From: Candidatus Eiseniibacteriota bacterium
GTDB taxonomy: Bacteria > Eisenbacteria > RBG-16-71-46 > CAZAMP01
Reading direction: 5' to 3'
Length of the DNA stretch: 64,000 bases
Assembly (NCBI GenBank): GCA_965224245.1
Contig: OZ245046.1
Coordinates: 3,232,001 to 3,296,000 of the forward strand
A program made the translations under genes and the position numbers. The notes beneath the pieces are model-generated. The model saw nothing but the letters and a program-made list of their open reading frames with translations. It did no database searches and had not been told where the DNA came from. The number at the start of each line of letters is the position of its first letter. The stretch's first letter is position 1. Below, one piece after another: positions 1 to 10,527 of the stretch.

Positions 1-1572
1 CCCGCCGCCGTCATCACGACGTCGGGGACCGCGGTGGCGAACCTCCTGCCCGCCGTCACCGAGGCCGACGCGGACGGCGTGCCGCTGGTGCTGCTGACCG
101 CCGATCGCCCGCCCGAGTTCACCGCCACCGGCGCGAACCAGGCCATTCACCAGCCCGGCATCTTCGGATCCCGGACCCGGTGGGCGGCGGCTCTGCCCTG
201 CCCGACCGACGCGATGCCGGCGCGCGTCGTGCTGACGACGCTGGACCAGGCGGTCTCCCGGGCCCGGGCGCCCCACGCGGGACCGGTTCACCTGAACTGC
301 GCATTCCGCGAGCCCCTGGCGCCGATCCCGGCGGCCTGGGATCGCGCGTGTCTGGCGGGAACCGAGGCCTGGCAGGCGGGCGAACGCCCGTTCACGCGCA
401 TCGTGACGCCCCGGCCCACACCCGACGCCCGGGAGGTCGACGAGATCGCCGGCGTCGTCGGCACCGCTCGTCGGGGCCTCGTGATCGCCGGAACCCTGGC
501 CTCCGAGGAGGATCGCGATGCGGTGTGCGCGATCGCGTCGGCCCTCGGGTGGCCCCTCCTGACGGACGTCCGCTCGGGTCTCCGGCTCCGGCGAGAGGTG
601 TCGGGCCGGCTCCTCTTCGGCGATCGACTGATCGGGCGCGCACCCGATCCGCATGGCGGACCGGACCGGTGGCGGCCGGACGTCGTGCTGCAGCTCGGCT
701 CCCGCACGACGTCGCCCCGTCTCTCGCGGGCGCTCGCGGCCGCGCCGCCGGCGACTCACGTTCTGATCGCGCCGTCCGACGAACGACTGGACCCCGAGCA
801 TCGGCTGACACACCGGGTCCGGGCGTCGACCCGCGCCGTCGGCCCCGCCCTCGCCGACAGGATCGCGCGATCCGGTCCGCCATCGCGGGAGGTCGCCTCC
901 GCCACGGCCAAGCTCGTGGAGCTCGATCGACGTCTGGGGGCCGCGATGTCCACGGCGCTCTCGGAAGATCCGGATGCGCTCGAGGTCCGCGTCGCACATG
1001 CCCTCACCCGACACGCCGCGGGCGGCCGGGCCCTCGTCGTCTCCAACAGCCTGCCCGTGCGCGACGTGGATGCCTACGGCGCCACCGACGGCGATCACGC
1101 GCTCGTCGCCACCAGCCGCGGGGCCAGCGGCATCGACGGCATCCTGGCCACCGGGGTCGGCGTGGCGATCGGCGCGGATGCACCGGCGACCGTGCTCATC
1201 GGTGATCAGGCCATGCACCACGACCTCGGAAGCCTGACCCTCGCCGCCGCGTGCCCGGTCCCGATCACCGTCGTCGTCGTCAACAACGGGGGCGGCGCGA
1301 TCTTCCACGGACTCCCGATCGCCGCGCACCGGTCGATCTTCTCGCCGTGGTTCGACGCGGCGCACTCCAGGCGATTCGAGGGCGCCGCGCGCGACGTGGG
1401 CCTCGACTACGCGCGCGTGACGGACACCGACGCCTTCGCGGACGCCTACGGCCGTGCGTGCGCCTCGGGTCGATCGACGATGATCGAGGTCGTCGCCGAC
1501 GGCGCGGCGGGTGTCGGTGCGCGCGAGCGACTGGAGAGCGCGCTCGCGCGAGCCCGGGACTCGCGGGCGTGA
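1..1572 (+). CDS. menD: SEPHCHC synthase (ThDP-dependent), 5'-truncated by window edge
   Basis: Frame is open from base 1: [58 protein letters not shown]...HDLGSL, VNNGGG; first gene of men operon. Confidence 0.95.
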   Translation, partial: PAAVITTSGTAVANLLPAVTEADADGVPLVLLTADRPPEFTATGANQAIHQPGIFGSRTRWAAALPCPTDAMPARVVLTTLDQAVSRARAPHAGPVHLNCAFREPLAPIPAAWDRACLAGTEAWQAGERPFTRIVTPRPTPDAREVDEIAGVVGTARRGLVIAGTLASEEDRDAVCAIASALGWPLLTDVRSGLRLRREVSGRLLFGDRLIGRAPDPHGGPDRWRPDVVLQLGSRTTSPRLSRALAAAPPATHVLIAPSDERLDPEHRLTHRVRASTRAVGPALADRIARSGPPSREVASATAKLVELDRRLGAAMSTALSEDPDALEVRVAHALTRHAAGGRALVVSNSLPVRDVDAYGATDGDHALVATSRGASGIDGILATGVGVAIGADAPATVLIGDQAMHHDLGSLTLAAACPVPITVVVVNNGGGAIFHGLPIAAHRSIFSPWFDAAHSRRFEGAARDVGLDYARVTDTDAFADAYGRACASGRSTMIEVVADGAAGVGARERLESALARARDSRA

Positions 1573-2444
1573 TCTGGTCGCGGGATGCGACGCTGTCCCG
1601 AGTGCCCGATCCGTCGATGCGCGCGCCCGGACCCGCGGTCGTCTACCTCCACGGCTTTCTGGGGTCGGCCGAGGACTTCCGCGAGGACGTCGAGCGCCTC
1701 GGCGCGCGGCGTCCGGCTCACGCCCTGACGCTCCCCGGACACGGTCCCGGGGCCGCCCCGATCGGGTTCGAGGGCGGCGCGACTCCCGGCCCCCGCATCG
1801 ACATCGCGTTCGACGACGTCGTGGATGCCCTCGCCGGCGAGCTGGCCCGGCTCTCGGAGGCGCCGCCATGCGTGATCGGCTACTCGATGGGGGGTCGCCT
1901 CGCGCTGGCGCTGGCGGCGCGGCATCCCGCGAGCGTGGATCGGGTCGTCGCGATCTCGGCGTCGGCCGGCATCCCCGACGCCGAGGCGCGCGCCCGGCGG
2001 GCCGGCCGGGACCGGCGCCTGGCCGACCGGCTCCGTGCGTGGGACTTTCCGGCCTTCGTCGCGGCCTGGTACGCTCTGCCGCTGTTCTCCGGCATTCGAG
2101 ACGATGCGGGCTTCGACGCGCTGGTCCGCCGGCGGCTGTCGGGCTCGCCGGGGCGCCTGGCCGACGCGCTCGACGTGCTGACGCCCGGGCGCCAGCCGTA
2201 CGTCGCGCCGCTTCTGGCCCGGCGGGACGTCCCGGTGCTCCTCGTCGCCGGAGATCGCGATCGACACTACGTGGCGCTGCACCGCGAGATCGCGGCGGGG
2301 CGCCCGGGGATCACCGCGCGCGTCGTCGCCGGCGCGCACCACGCGGTACACGTGGCGAACCCGCGCGCGACGCGCGCCCACATCGACGAGTTCCTGACCA
2401 CTCCAACCGCGCCGCCCCGATCACGGGCGCTGGAGGACACATGA
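1569..2444 (+). CDS. menH: SHCHC synthase, alpha/beta hydrolase
   Basis: LHGFLGS, nucleophile motif GYSMGGR, HAVH; GTG start overlaps menD stop (GTGA); lies between menD and menB. Confidence 0.88.
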   Translation: MIWSRDATLSRVPDPSMRAPGPAVVYLHGFLGSAEDFREDVERLGARRPAHALTLPGHGPGAAPIGFEGGATPGPRIDIAFDDVVDALAGELARLSEAPPCVIGYSMGGRLALALAARHPASVDRVVAISASAGIPDAEARARRAGRDRRLADRLRAWDFPAFVAAWYALPLFSGIRDDAGFDALVRRRLSGSPGRLADALDVLTPGRQPYVAPLLARRDVPVLLVAGDRDRHYVALHREIAAGRPGITARVVAGAHHAVHVANPRATRAHIDEFLTTPTAPPRSRALEDT

Positions 2445-3274
2445 CCACGACCGGCCATGACCTCACGTGGACGCCGGCGGCCTCGTACGCCGACATCCGA
2501 TACGAGAAGGCCGACGGCATCGCGAAGATCACGATCAACCGACCCGAGGTCCGCAACGCGTTCCGTCCGCAGACGGTCACCGAGATGCGGCACGCGCTGA
2601 ACGACGCGCGCGACGACGCGACCATCGGTGTGGTGATCCTCACCGGCGAAGGCGAGAAGGCCTTCTGCTCGGGCGGCGACCAGCGCGTCCGGGGCGAGGC
2701 CGGCTACACCGACGCCGACGGCACGCATCGACTGAACGTGCTCGACTTCCAGCGCGACATTCGCGTGTGCCCCAAGCCCGTGATCGCGATGGTGGCCGGG
2801 TACGCAATCGGGGGCGGGCACGTGCTCCATCTGGTCTGTGATCTGACGATTGCGGCCGACAACGCGGTGTTCGGCCAGACGGGACCGAAGGTGGGCTCGT
2901 TCGACGGCGGCTACGGCGCGAGCTACATGGCGCGCATCGTCGGTCAGAAGAAGGCGCGCGAGATCTGGTACCTGTGCCGCCAGTACTCGGCCGCGCAGGC
3001 GCTGGAGATGGGGCTCGTGAACGCGGTCGTCCCGCTGGCCGATCTCGAGGCGGAGACGATCCGATGGTGTCGCGAGATCCTGGCGAACTCGCCCCTGGCC
3101 ATCCGCTGTCTGAAGGCGGCGTTCAACGCGGACTGCGACGGACAGGCCGGTCTGGTGGAGCTGGCCGGCAACGCGACGATGCTCTATTACATGAGCGAGG
3201 AAGGCCAGGAGGGACGCAACGCGTTCCTCGAGAAGCGGCGTCCCCGGTTCGACACGTTCCCGCGGCGGCCCTAG
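2441..3274 (+). CDS. menB: 1,4-dihydroxy-2-naphthoyl-CoA synthase
   Basis: [59 protein letters not shown] overlap. Confidence 0.97.
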   Translation: MTTTGHDLTWTPAASYADIRYEKADGIAKITINRPEVRNAFRPQTVTEMRHALNDARDDATIGVVILTGEGEKAFCSGGDQRVRGEAGYTDADGTHRLNVLDFQRDIRVCPKPVIAMVAGYAIGGGHVLHLVCDLTIAADNAVFGQTGPKVGSFDGGYGASYMARIVGQKKAREIWYLCRQYSAAQALEMGLVNAVVPLADLEAETIRWCREILANSPLAIRCLKAAFNADCDGQAGLVELAGNATMLYYMSEEGQEGRNAFLEKRRPRFDTFPRRP

Positions 3275-3276
3275 CC

Positions 3277-4224
3277 GTGGCCGAGCCCGCCGCCTCGCCG
3301 TCGAAGCCGGCATCGCCGGCGGAGAGCTCCCGGGCGCCGGCGACGCCGTCGGGGGCCCGCGTGTGGATCGCGGCGACGCGACCCCGCACGCTGCCCGCAG
3401 CGGCCGCTCCGGTTCTCATGGGCACGGCGATCGCGATGCGGGACGGTGCCCTCCACGTGCCATCGGCGCTCGCCGCGTTCACGGCGGCCATCTTCATCCA
3501 GATCGGGACGAACTTCGCGAACGACTATTTCGACTACGTCAACGGCGCCGACACCGAGGCCCGGCTCGGCCCCACGCGCGCGACCCAGGCCGGCCTGGTC
3601 TCGCCGGCCGCCATGCGACGCGCCTTCGTCGGCGCGTTCGCGATCGCGTTCGCGATCGGCGTGGCGCTCATCGTCCGGGGCGGCTGGCCCATCGCGCTGA
3701 TCGGGCTCTCGGCCATCGCCGCGGGCATCCTCTACACCGGCGGACCGAGGCCACTGGGCTATCTCGGGCTCGGCGACGCTCTGGTGCTCGCGTTCTTCGG
3801 CCCGATCGCGGTGGCCGCGACGTACGGCGTGCAGGCTCAGTCGCTGAGCACGGTGGCCATCGTCGCCGGTCTGGGACCCGGATGCCTGTCCACGGCCCTG
3901 CTCGCGGTGAACAACCTGCGCGACGTGGACACCGATCGGGCCGCCGGCAAGGGCACGCTCGCGGTGAGGCTCGGGCCGCGGTTCGCGAAGACCGAGATCC
4001 TGGCCATGATCGCGATCGCCGCGGCCGTCCCGATCGTGCTCGCGGCGTCCGGCGCCGCTCCGCCCGCGGCGGCGCTGACCGCGGGGACGATGATCGGGGC
4101 GGTCCCGATCGTCGGGAGGGTCGTACGCGCCCGGCCGGGAGATCGACTCCTCGACACGCTCGCGGCCACCGGGCGACTCCTCGTGCTCTACTCGGTGGCG
4201 TTCGCGGTCACCTGGATCGCATGA
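3277..4224 (+). CDS. menA: DHNA polyprenyltransferase
   Basis: RPRTLPA, NFANDYFD, NNLRDVDTD...GKGTLAV; multi-TM; start codon uncertain. Confidence 0.93.
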   Translation: MAEPAASPSKPASPAESSRAPATPSGARVWIAATRPRTLPAAAAPVLMGTAIAMRDGALHVPSALAAFTAAIFIQIGTNFANDYFDYVNGADTEARLGPTRATQAGLVSPAAMRRAFVGAFAIAFAIGVALIVRGGWPIALIGLSAIAAGILYTGGPRPLGYLGLGDALVLAFFGPIAVAATYGVQAQSLSTVAIVAGLGPGCLSTALLAVNNLRDVDTDRAAGKGTLAVRLGPRFAKTEILAMIAIAAAVPIVLAASGAAPPAAALTAGTMIGAVPIVGRVVRARPGDRLLDTLAATGRLLVLYSVAFAVTWIA

Positions 4225-5654
4225 CCACCCGGCCCGCGCTCGGTGTCGACACCCGACTCGCCTATCCGAGGATCCTGACGCCCGAGGGCGTGATCGAGCC
4301 GACCGACGTCGCCGCGCGCGTGCGAGACGCGGTGCGGTCCCCATCGCGTGATGCCGCGCGCGTCAGCGGCCCCGGGGCGATCCTCGCGTTCGACGCGACG
4401 GCCGACGCCGACACGATCGTCACGCTTCTGGCAACCTGGGAGCGTGGCGCGATCGCGTGGCCGCTCGACCCGCGCCTGCCCGACGCCGCCCGCAAGGGAC
4501 TCCTGGCCGGCGTGCCGGGAGTCACCGTCCTTGGCGACGGCGCCGTCATCGGGGCATCGGACGCGAGTGCCGACACCCGCGGCTCGCCGGCGATGCCGGC
4601 GGGCGCGGCGACCGTCATCGCGACGTCGGGATCGGCCGGCGCTCCCACGCGCGTCGTCCACACCGTCGACAACCACGTCACGAGCGCCGACGGGGTTCTC
4701 GCGTACGCCCCGATGTCGGCCGAGGATCGGTGGCTTCTGTCGCTTCCGCTCCATCACGTCAGCGGTCTGGCGATCCTGATCCGGGTGATGCGCGCCGGCG
4801 TCACGCTTGCGCTGCCGCGAGCCGGCGCGTCGCTCTCGAGCGCGCTCGCCCACAGCGGGGCCACGCACGCCTCGGTGGTGGCGACCCAGCTGAAGCGCCT
4901 CCTCCGCGAGCCGTCGTCGGGGGCACGCCCGCGCCACGTGCTGGTCGGCGGTGGCCCCTGTCCGCCCAGGCTGGTCGGCGACGCCGCGCGAGCCGGGCTG
5001 CCGGTCTCGGTGACCTACGGCCTGACCGAGATGGCGTCGACGGTGACGGCCGCCCGGGTGGACGCCGACGCGACCGCGTCCCCCGACGCGCCGCGCCACT
5101 CGGGCCGGGCGCTCGGCGGCCGGCGGGTCGCGATCTCGCCCGACGGCTCGATCGTCGTGGGAGGGGCCATGCTGAGCCCGGGTGCGCTCTCGACGTCGGG
5201 CTTCGTGGCGCACACCGGCGACGATCTCGTGACGGACGACCTGGGGTCGCTCTCGCCCGATGGGCTCCTGACGGTGCTCGGCCGGCGCGACGAGATGTTC
5301 GTCTCCGGTGGCGAGAACGTTCACCCCGAGGAGATCGAGATGGCCCTGCTGGCCTCGAGCCGCGTGGAGCGCGCGACGGTCATCGGTCGACCCGACCCCG
5401 AGTTCGGCCGGCGCCCGGTGGCGTTCGTCACGCTCTCGGCTCCGGCGCCCTCGACATCCGCCATCCCCCCGATCGAGGTTCGGCCGGGCGAGCCCCTCCC
5501 CCCTTCGGCCGCGTCCGAGCTCCGCGCGGAGCTCGCCGGGGTGCTCCCGGCGTTCAAGCTGCCGGTCGCGTTCCTCGCGCACCCGGAGGCACGGGGCCTG
5601 AAGCCCGGCCGACGGGCGCTCGAGCGCTGGCTGGAGCGCCACGACCGGGGTTGA
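4221..5654 (+). CDS. menE: o-succinylbenzoate-CoA ligase
   Basis: TSGSAG P-loop, LSLPLHHVSG, TYGLTE, GRRDEMFVSGGENVHPEEIE; ATGA overlap with menA. Confidence 0.88.
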   Translation: MTTRPALGVDTRLAYPRILTPEGVIEPTDVAARVRDAVRSPSRDAARVSGPGAILAFDATADADTIVTLLATWERGAIAWPLDPRLPDAARKGLLAGVPGVTVLGDGAVIGASDASADTRGSPAMPAGAATVIATSGSAGAPTRVVHTVDNHVTSADGVLAYAPMSAEDRWLLSLPLHHVSGLAILIRVMRAGVTLALPRAGASLSSALAHSGATHASVVATQLKRLLREPSSGARPRHVLVGGGPCPPRLVGDAARAGLPVSVTYGLTEMASTVTAARVDADATASPDAPRHSGRALGGRRVAISPDGSIVVGGAMLSPGALSTSGFVAHTGDDLVTDDLGSLSPDGLLTVLGRRDEMFVSGGENVHPEEIEMALLASSRVERATVIGRPDPEFGRRPVAFVTLSAPAPSTSAIPPIEVRPGEPLPPSAASELRAELAGVLPAFKLPVAFLAHPEARGLKPGRRALERWLERHDRG

Positions 5655-5680
5655 CGCCCGCGGCTTCTCTTCCTGCCCCC

Positions 5681-5731
5681 TCGACACCGCCGATCCGATG
5701 CGCTATCATGTCTAGAAATTAATCAAGACAT
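5681..5731 (+). promoter_or_regulatory. sigma70-type promoter with overlapping palindromic operator candidate
   Basis: TCGACA(5681)-N17-TATCAT(5704), then AT-rich ATGTCT-N12-AGACAT inverted repeat (5708-5731); AAGGAG RBS before ATG 5754. Confidence 0.7.
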
Positions 5732-5753
5732 TCACGCTACCAAGGAGACCGCC

Positions 5754-6692
5754 ATGCCACGGAAATCGAAGCGCCAGCGGTACAAGGAGCTCCTCGCCAA
5801 CCAGCGGGAGTACTACAGCATCGGTCACGCGGCCGAGCTGTCGGGGATCTCGTCGGATACGATTCGCATCTGGGAGCGACGGTACGGACGCCCGGTGCCC
5901 GTCCGTCTGGACTCGGGCCACCGGCGATACACGGTCGACCAGATTCGCTGGCTCCGGCAGGTCGCCGAGGCGTTGTCGCGGGGCTATCGCCCGTCCAAGG
6001 TCGTGCACCTCTCCCCGTCGGAGATGATGCGCCTCCTGGAGGACACGTCGACCCTGTCCACACCCGACGCCAACGTGGAGCGCGTCATCGAGCTGGCGCT
6101 GGAGCAGGACTCGGTCAAGCTCCGGGGGTTCCTGAGCTCGGCCCAGGTCGAGCTGGGGGCGAGGCGCTTCCTGATGGAGCTCCTCGGCCCCACGCTCGAG
6201 CGCATCGGACGCGCCTGGGCGGATGGCGAGATCCACATCCGGCACGAGCACTTCGTCTCGGAGATCATCGACGACGAGCTCCGCCGCCTGCGCACGTCGC
6301 TGTCACCCAACACCGAGGGGCCGGCGATCTGCTTCGCCTCGCTGAGCGGCGAGCTGCACGGCCTCGGCATCCAGATCGCCGCCCTGTGCGCGGTGATGTC
6401 CGGAGCCCGCGCGCACGTCCTCGGAATCGACGTGCCCATCTACGAGGTCGACGCGGCCGCCCGGGACGTCGGCGCGACCGCGGTGGGCATCAGCGTGTCG
6501 CTGGCCACCGGCGGCGTGGAGACCGACCGTCACATCGCCGAGCTGCGCACGCGGCTCCCCGATTCGGTTCGCGTGATCGTCGGCGGACACGGCGCGCGCG
6601 GCGTGCGCCGCGGTCCGCGGGACGTGGAGTACGTCGAGTCCCTGGAGGCGTTCGAGGAGGTCGTCCGGGCGATGGTGCGGAAGACGGCCTGA
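5754..6692 (+). CDS. MerR-family regulator with cobalamin-binding domain (CarH/LitR-like)
   Basis: MerR HTH (IRIWERRYG, GHRRY), W-x9-EH motif (WADGEIHIRHEH), ExHxxG (ELHGLG), VGG Rossmann tail. Confidence 0.88.
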   Translation: MPRKSKRQRYKELLANQREYYSIGHAAELSGISSDTIRIWERRYGRPVPVRLDSGHRRYTVDQIRWLRQVAEALSRGYRPSKVVHLSPSEMMRLLEDTSTLSTPDANVERVIELALEQDSVKLRGFLSSAQVELGARRFLMELLGPTLERIGRAWADGEIHIRHEHFVSEIIDDELRRLRTSLSPNTEGPAICFASLSGELHGLGIQIAALCAVMSGARAHVLGIDVPIYEVDAAARDVGATAVGISVSLATGGVETDRHIAELRTRLPDSVRVIVGGHGARGVRRGPRDVEYVESLEAFEEVVRAMVRKTA

Positions 6693-6713
6693 GCCGGCCG
6701 GCGCGCGGTGCGC

Positions 6714-7139
6714 TCAGTCCCCGTCGCGAGCGCCGCCCGCGTCACGGGCGCGCACGAGGATCGCCCGCCACTCGTCGGGGATCGGGACCCCGCGACCCGT
6801 GACCGGCTGCATTGAGGCGTGCACGATCCGGACCTCGGCCGCCGGGCGTCCATCGGCCTGCGTCATGTCGTAACGCATCGTGTAGCTCTTCTCCCCCACC
6901 GCCTCGACCGCGACGTCGATCGTGACGCGGTCTCCCAGACGCAGCGGCGCGCGGAAGTCCGCCTCGGCGTGAACGACGGGCGTCATGACGTCGACGCGAG
7001 AGAGGTCCGGGGACAGAGACATGCCCACCGCGTCCAGCCACTCCTCGTACACGTCGTGGGCCAGCTCGAAGAACCGCTCGAAGAAGACGACGCCGGCGGC
7101 GTCGGTGTGATGGAGTCGGATGGTCCGGGTCACCGTCAT
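6714..7139 (-). CDS. Hotdog-fold acyl-CoA thioesterase, probable DHNA-CoA thioesterase
   Basis: HTDAAGVVFF 4-HBT motif, ADFRAPLRLGD; close to men operon. Confidence 0.8.
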   Translation of the reverse strand: MTVTRTIRLHHTDAAGVVFFERFFELAHDVYEEWLDAVGMSLSPDLSRVDVMTPVVHAEADFRAPLRLGDRVTIDVAVEAVGEKSYTMRYDMTQADGRPAAEVRIVHASMQPVTGRGVPIPDEWRAILVRARDAGGARDGD

Positions 7140-7141
7140 CG

Positions 7142-7471
7142 TCAGCTCACCACGCGGTAGATGGCCCGGTGCGCGACGAAGCGCCCCTGGAAGCGCTCGA
7201 TGCCCTCGGCGCGCATCCGGGCGGCGTGCTCGTCGAAGTACGTCTGGAGGGCGGCGCGATCGCGCACGCGGTACTGAACCGTCCACGACACGTGGTCGCT
7301 CTCGCCGGGGTCGGCGTCCGGCTCGCGTTCGAGCCACTCGGCCCCGAGGAACCCGTCGATCTCCAGCATCTCGGCCACGTGGCCCCGGAGCCACGTGCGG
7401 TAGTCGGCCGCGATGGCGGCGTCAACCTCGAGTGTCACCTGGTAGACGATGCGCGAGTCGTGATCGGTCAT
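7142..7471 (-). CDS. DUF4286-like small protein
   Basis: IVYQVTLEVD, WLRGHVAEML..GF, VQYRV..L..YFDEHA.RMRAEG..RF. Confidence 0.7.
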   Translation of the reverse strand: MTDHDSRIVYQVTLEVDAAIAADYRTWLRGHVAEMLEIDGFLGAEWLEREPDADPGESDHVSWTVQYRVRDRAALQTYFDEHAARMRAEGIERFQGRFVAHRAIYRVVS

Positions 7472-7543
7472 GCTCGGCTCCTTCCCGGTGGTGCGTCCGT
7501 CGTCACGTCCGTTCCCTCGTGAGCGCCCGGCGCGAGCGCGCGG

Positions 7544-9199
7544 CTAGTTGCCGACCAGTCGGTCCACGAGGACGACGAGTGATGCGATCTGCACGACCAG
7601 CGCCGTGGCCTCGCGCGCGCGCTGCCAGGTGCTGATCTTCTCCTTCGTGGGCACGTGGATCACCGTGCCCGAGCGCACGTCGTCGTCGTCGCGCGCCTTG
7701 CGGAGCGGTCCTCCGAAGAACGGCGCCACGCGCGTGCGACCCTTGTCGGCGTCCTTGTCGTAGCCGCCGGCCAACGCCACGTAGTCGCCGACGTCTCGTC
7801 CCGGCACGTAGGCGTAGGATCCGGGCGCCCGCACCCGACCGATCACCCGCACCTCGGCGCGATCCTCGGGAATCTGGACGACGTCCCCGTCGTACAGCAT
7901 CACGTCCTCGTCGTCGTCTCGGCCCATCAGCGCGGCACGAAAGTCGCTGGCGACGAGGATGGAATCCACCGCGGTCTGCAGCTCGACGTCGTCGCGGTTC
8001 TCGAGAATGTCCGAGAGCTCCACCGACGGCGGCGTCGGCTTCTCACGCGGGCGCATGACGTGCCCCTGGTCGAGGTTCGCGCGCACGGTCACGCCGCCGG
8101 CCATCGCGACGACGGTCGACAGCGGCGTGCCCGCCGGTGAGATCGGATAGCGCCCCGGACGCTGGACGGCCCCGTAGACGAAGACCTCGGCGCCCCGGTG
8201 CCAGTCGGGGATCGGGCGGACGTAGACCCGATCCCCGTCCAGGAGGATCGGGTCGGACGCGTCGTCGCCGCCGGGCACGTACGCGAACGTTCGCTCCTCG
8301 GTCTCACGGTGCGAGACGAATCGCGAGAGCACGACACGATGGGAGTCGGCCGCCGCGGTGAACCCGCCGACGGCGCTCAGCATCTCGCTGAGTCGTTCGC
8401 CGGGCAACGGCTCGTAGTTGCCGGGATGCTGAACCTCACCGGACAGCAGGACCGACTCGGTCCGGGGTACGACCTCGATCACGGCTCCGTCGACGACGTG
8501 CGGGTTCAAGTCGAGTCGTCCGGTCAGCACGAAGCCGACGATGTCGGCCTCCACGGTGCCGGACGCGGTGTGCATGCGCACGCGGCGACCCGACGCGCCC
8601 TCGGTGAGCCCTCCGGCCATGGCCACCGCCTCGGACACGCGGGTGGTGGCGGTGGCCGGGTAGCTCCCCGGGAACATCACCGACGTCGCTCCGACCACGT
8701 GCACCTTGAACTGACGCATCCGGGCCAGAAGCACGTCGATGGTGACGTTCGAGTAGATTTCTCCCGCGCGGCCGCGGATGGTCTCCCGCGTGGACTCCAG
8801 CGTGCGGTGCGCGACGTCGACGACACCCACGTTCGGGACGAAGACGCGTCCCTCGGGATCGATCGGGATCTCCTCGAGCACCTCGGCCGCGCCCGACACC
8901 ACGAACAGCAGCACGTCTCCGGGTCCGACCCGGTACTCGTGCGGGTCCACGGGACCTTCCGGCAGCTCCACCGCGCGCTCGGCCACGGCCCGCGCCTCGG
9001 CCTCCCGGCGCCGGCGCTCGGCGCCGTCGGGATCGCGATCCCGGTCGCGATCGTCGTCGGTGGCGAACATGCGATGGCGGAGGCCGGCGTCACCTGTGGC
9101 GTTGCCGTCGGTGAGCTGCGCCGACGCCGCGCTCGCGACTGCGAGCACGCCGACGAGCGCGAGGACGAGCGCGTTCAGGCGATCCTCCGCGGATGACAT
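7544..9199 (-). CDS. Polysaccharide export protein with SLBB repeats (Wza/KpsD-like)
   Basis: Signal peptide, YRVGPGD Poly_export motif, repeated G.V..PG.Y ... AGG SLBB units. Confidence 0.88.
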   Translation of the reverse strand: MSSAEDRLNALVLALVGVLAVASAASAQLTDGNATGDAGLRHRMFATDDDRDRDRDPDGAERRRREAEARAVAERAVELPEGPVDPHEYRVGPGDVLLFVVSGAAEVLEEIPIDPEGRVFVPNVGVVDVAHRTLESTRETIRGRAGEIYSNVTIDVLLARMRQFKVHVVGATSVMFPGSYPATATTRVSEAVAMAGGLTEGASGRRVRMHTASGTVEADIVGFVLTGRLDLNPHVVDGAVIEVVPRTESVLLSGEVQHPGNYEPLPGERLSEMLSAVGGFTAAADSHRVVLSRFVSHRETEERTFAYVPGGDDASDPILLDGDRVYVRPIPDWHRGAEVFVYGAVQRPGRYPISPAGTPLSTVVAMAGGVTVRANLDQGHVMRPREKPTPPSVELSDILENRDDVELQTAVDSILVASDFRAALMGRDDDEDVMLYDGDVVQIPEDRAEVRVIGRVRAPGSYAYVPGRDVGDYVALAGGYDKDADKGRTRVAPFFGGPLRKARDDDDVRSGTVIHVPTKEKISTWQRAREATALVVQIASLVVLVDRLVGN

Positions 9200-9244
9200 C
9201 CTCGAGGCACGGCTGGTCGATTGAACCGGAAGCGAAGCGCGGCC

Positions 9245-9333
9245 ACTATAGGCAAGCCGCCACCAGGGCGTCAACCGGCCGCCAGTGGGTGATCGGACAA
9301 AGACTTGCGCACTCGCGGGGGCGTTTCTATGCT
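9245..9333. promoter_or_regulatory. Back-to-back divergent sigma70-type promoters
   Basis: Minus strand TTGACG-N18-TATAGT (9274-9245); plus strand TTGCGC-N17-TATGCT (9305-9333). Confidence 0.6.
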
Positions 9334-9425
9334 ACGCGACGTTCGTCTCCCGCCTCTCCGGCGCTCGGGACGCGGTCGCGCGTCATCATCCGCCGACGGC
9401 GTGCACACACGGGCCGAGAGTACCG

Positions 9426-10523
9426 ATGGACCCATCGACCGAATCGAAACCGTCCGGACTCGTTCGGGAGATCGCGCTCCTGGTCCGCCATCGCCGTGCG
9501 TTCGTGGCAACGGTGGCATGCCTCACCGCGGCCGCGATCGTGTACAGCCTGGTCGCCCAGAAGCGTTTCGAGGCCCACACCACCGTTCTCCCGGCCGGGG
9601 ACGAGTCCGCCGCCGGGTTCGGCGGGCTCGCCGCCCTCCTGTCGAGCGTCCCCCTCCAGGGCGCCAACCTCCCCGGCGTCTCGACGACGACCGACCTCCT
9701 CGCCGGGCTGCTCCGCAGCCGGAGGCTTCTGCAGCCGATCGTCGAGGAGTTCGATCTCGTGGCGCGCTACGACGCCGATACGATGGACGAGGCGCTGTAC
9801 ACCCTCGACGAGCAGCTCGTCACCGGCGTCGGCGACGAGGGCATCCTGCACGTCCGGTTTCGCGATCGGGATCCCGAGTTCGCCGCGACCCTCCTGAACG
9901 CGCTCATCGACGCGCTCGACGCGTACAACGTCATGGTGGCCACCACGAACGGCCGCCGGCACCGGGAGTTCCTGGAGAGCCGGGTGGCGGAGACTCTCAA
10001 CGCACTGCGCCGCTCGGAGGACGCGCTGACCGAGTACCAGAAGACGAACGCGATTCCGATCGGTCCCGAGCAGATGGCGTCCGCCGAGTCCGTGGGTGGG
10101 CTCATCGCGCGAAAGCTGACGCTGCAGATCGAGCTGGATGCGCTGTCGCAGTTCCTCAATCGAGAGAGCCCTCCGATCGTGCAGCGCCGCGCGGAGCTCG
10201 AGGCGCTGGATCGCGAGATCGGCTCGCTGCCGGCGATCGGCATCGAGGCGGTGCGGCTCTATCGCGACCTGAAGGTGCAGGAGCAGCTGTACCTGCTTCT
10301 GAGCGCGCAGCTCGAGCAGGCCCGCATCGACGAGAACCGCGACCTGCCGCGCGTGCAGGTCATCGACCGGGCCATCCCCCCCGAGCTCCGGTACTGGCCC
10401 AAGCGAAAGCTGATCGTGGTGTCGGCGTTCGCGCTGAGCCTCGCCCTCGGCGTGTTGCTGGTGCACCTGCTCGACTTCCTCGAACGCGAGAGGGAGACGT
10501 TGCGAAAACTGGTCGACTCGTAG
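9426..10523 (+). CDS. Wzz/GumC-type polysaccharide co-polymerase (no kinase domain)
   Basis: N-terminal TM, coiled coil, QVIDRAIPPE...PKRKLIV plus C-terminal TM. Confidence 0.85.
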   Translation: MDPSTESKPSGLVREIALLVRHRRAFVATVACLTAAAIVYSLVAQKRFEAHTTVLPAGDESAAGFGGLAALLSSVPLQGANLPGVSTTTDLLAGLLRSRRLLQPIVEEFDLVARYDADTMDEALYTLDEQLVTGVGDEGILHVRFRDRDPEFAATLLNALIDALDAYNVMVATTNGRRHREFLESRVAETLNALRRSEDALTEYQKTNAIPIGPEQMASAESVGGLIARKLTLQIELDALSQFLNRESPPIVQRRAELEALDREIGSLPAIGIEAVRLYRDLKVQEQLYLLLSAQLEQARIDENRDLPRVQVIDRAIPPELRYWPKRKLIVVSAFALSLALGVLLVHLLDFLERERETLRKLVDS

Positions 10524-10527
10524 GCGC

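Noticed and set aside
1-5654. Absence of menF, menC and menG as a pathway novelty
   Set aside because: The operon is cut by the window edge, so these genes may lie upstream or elsewhere
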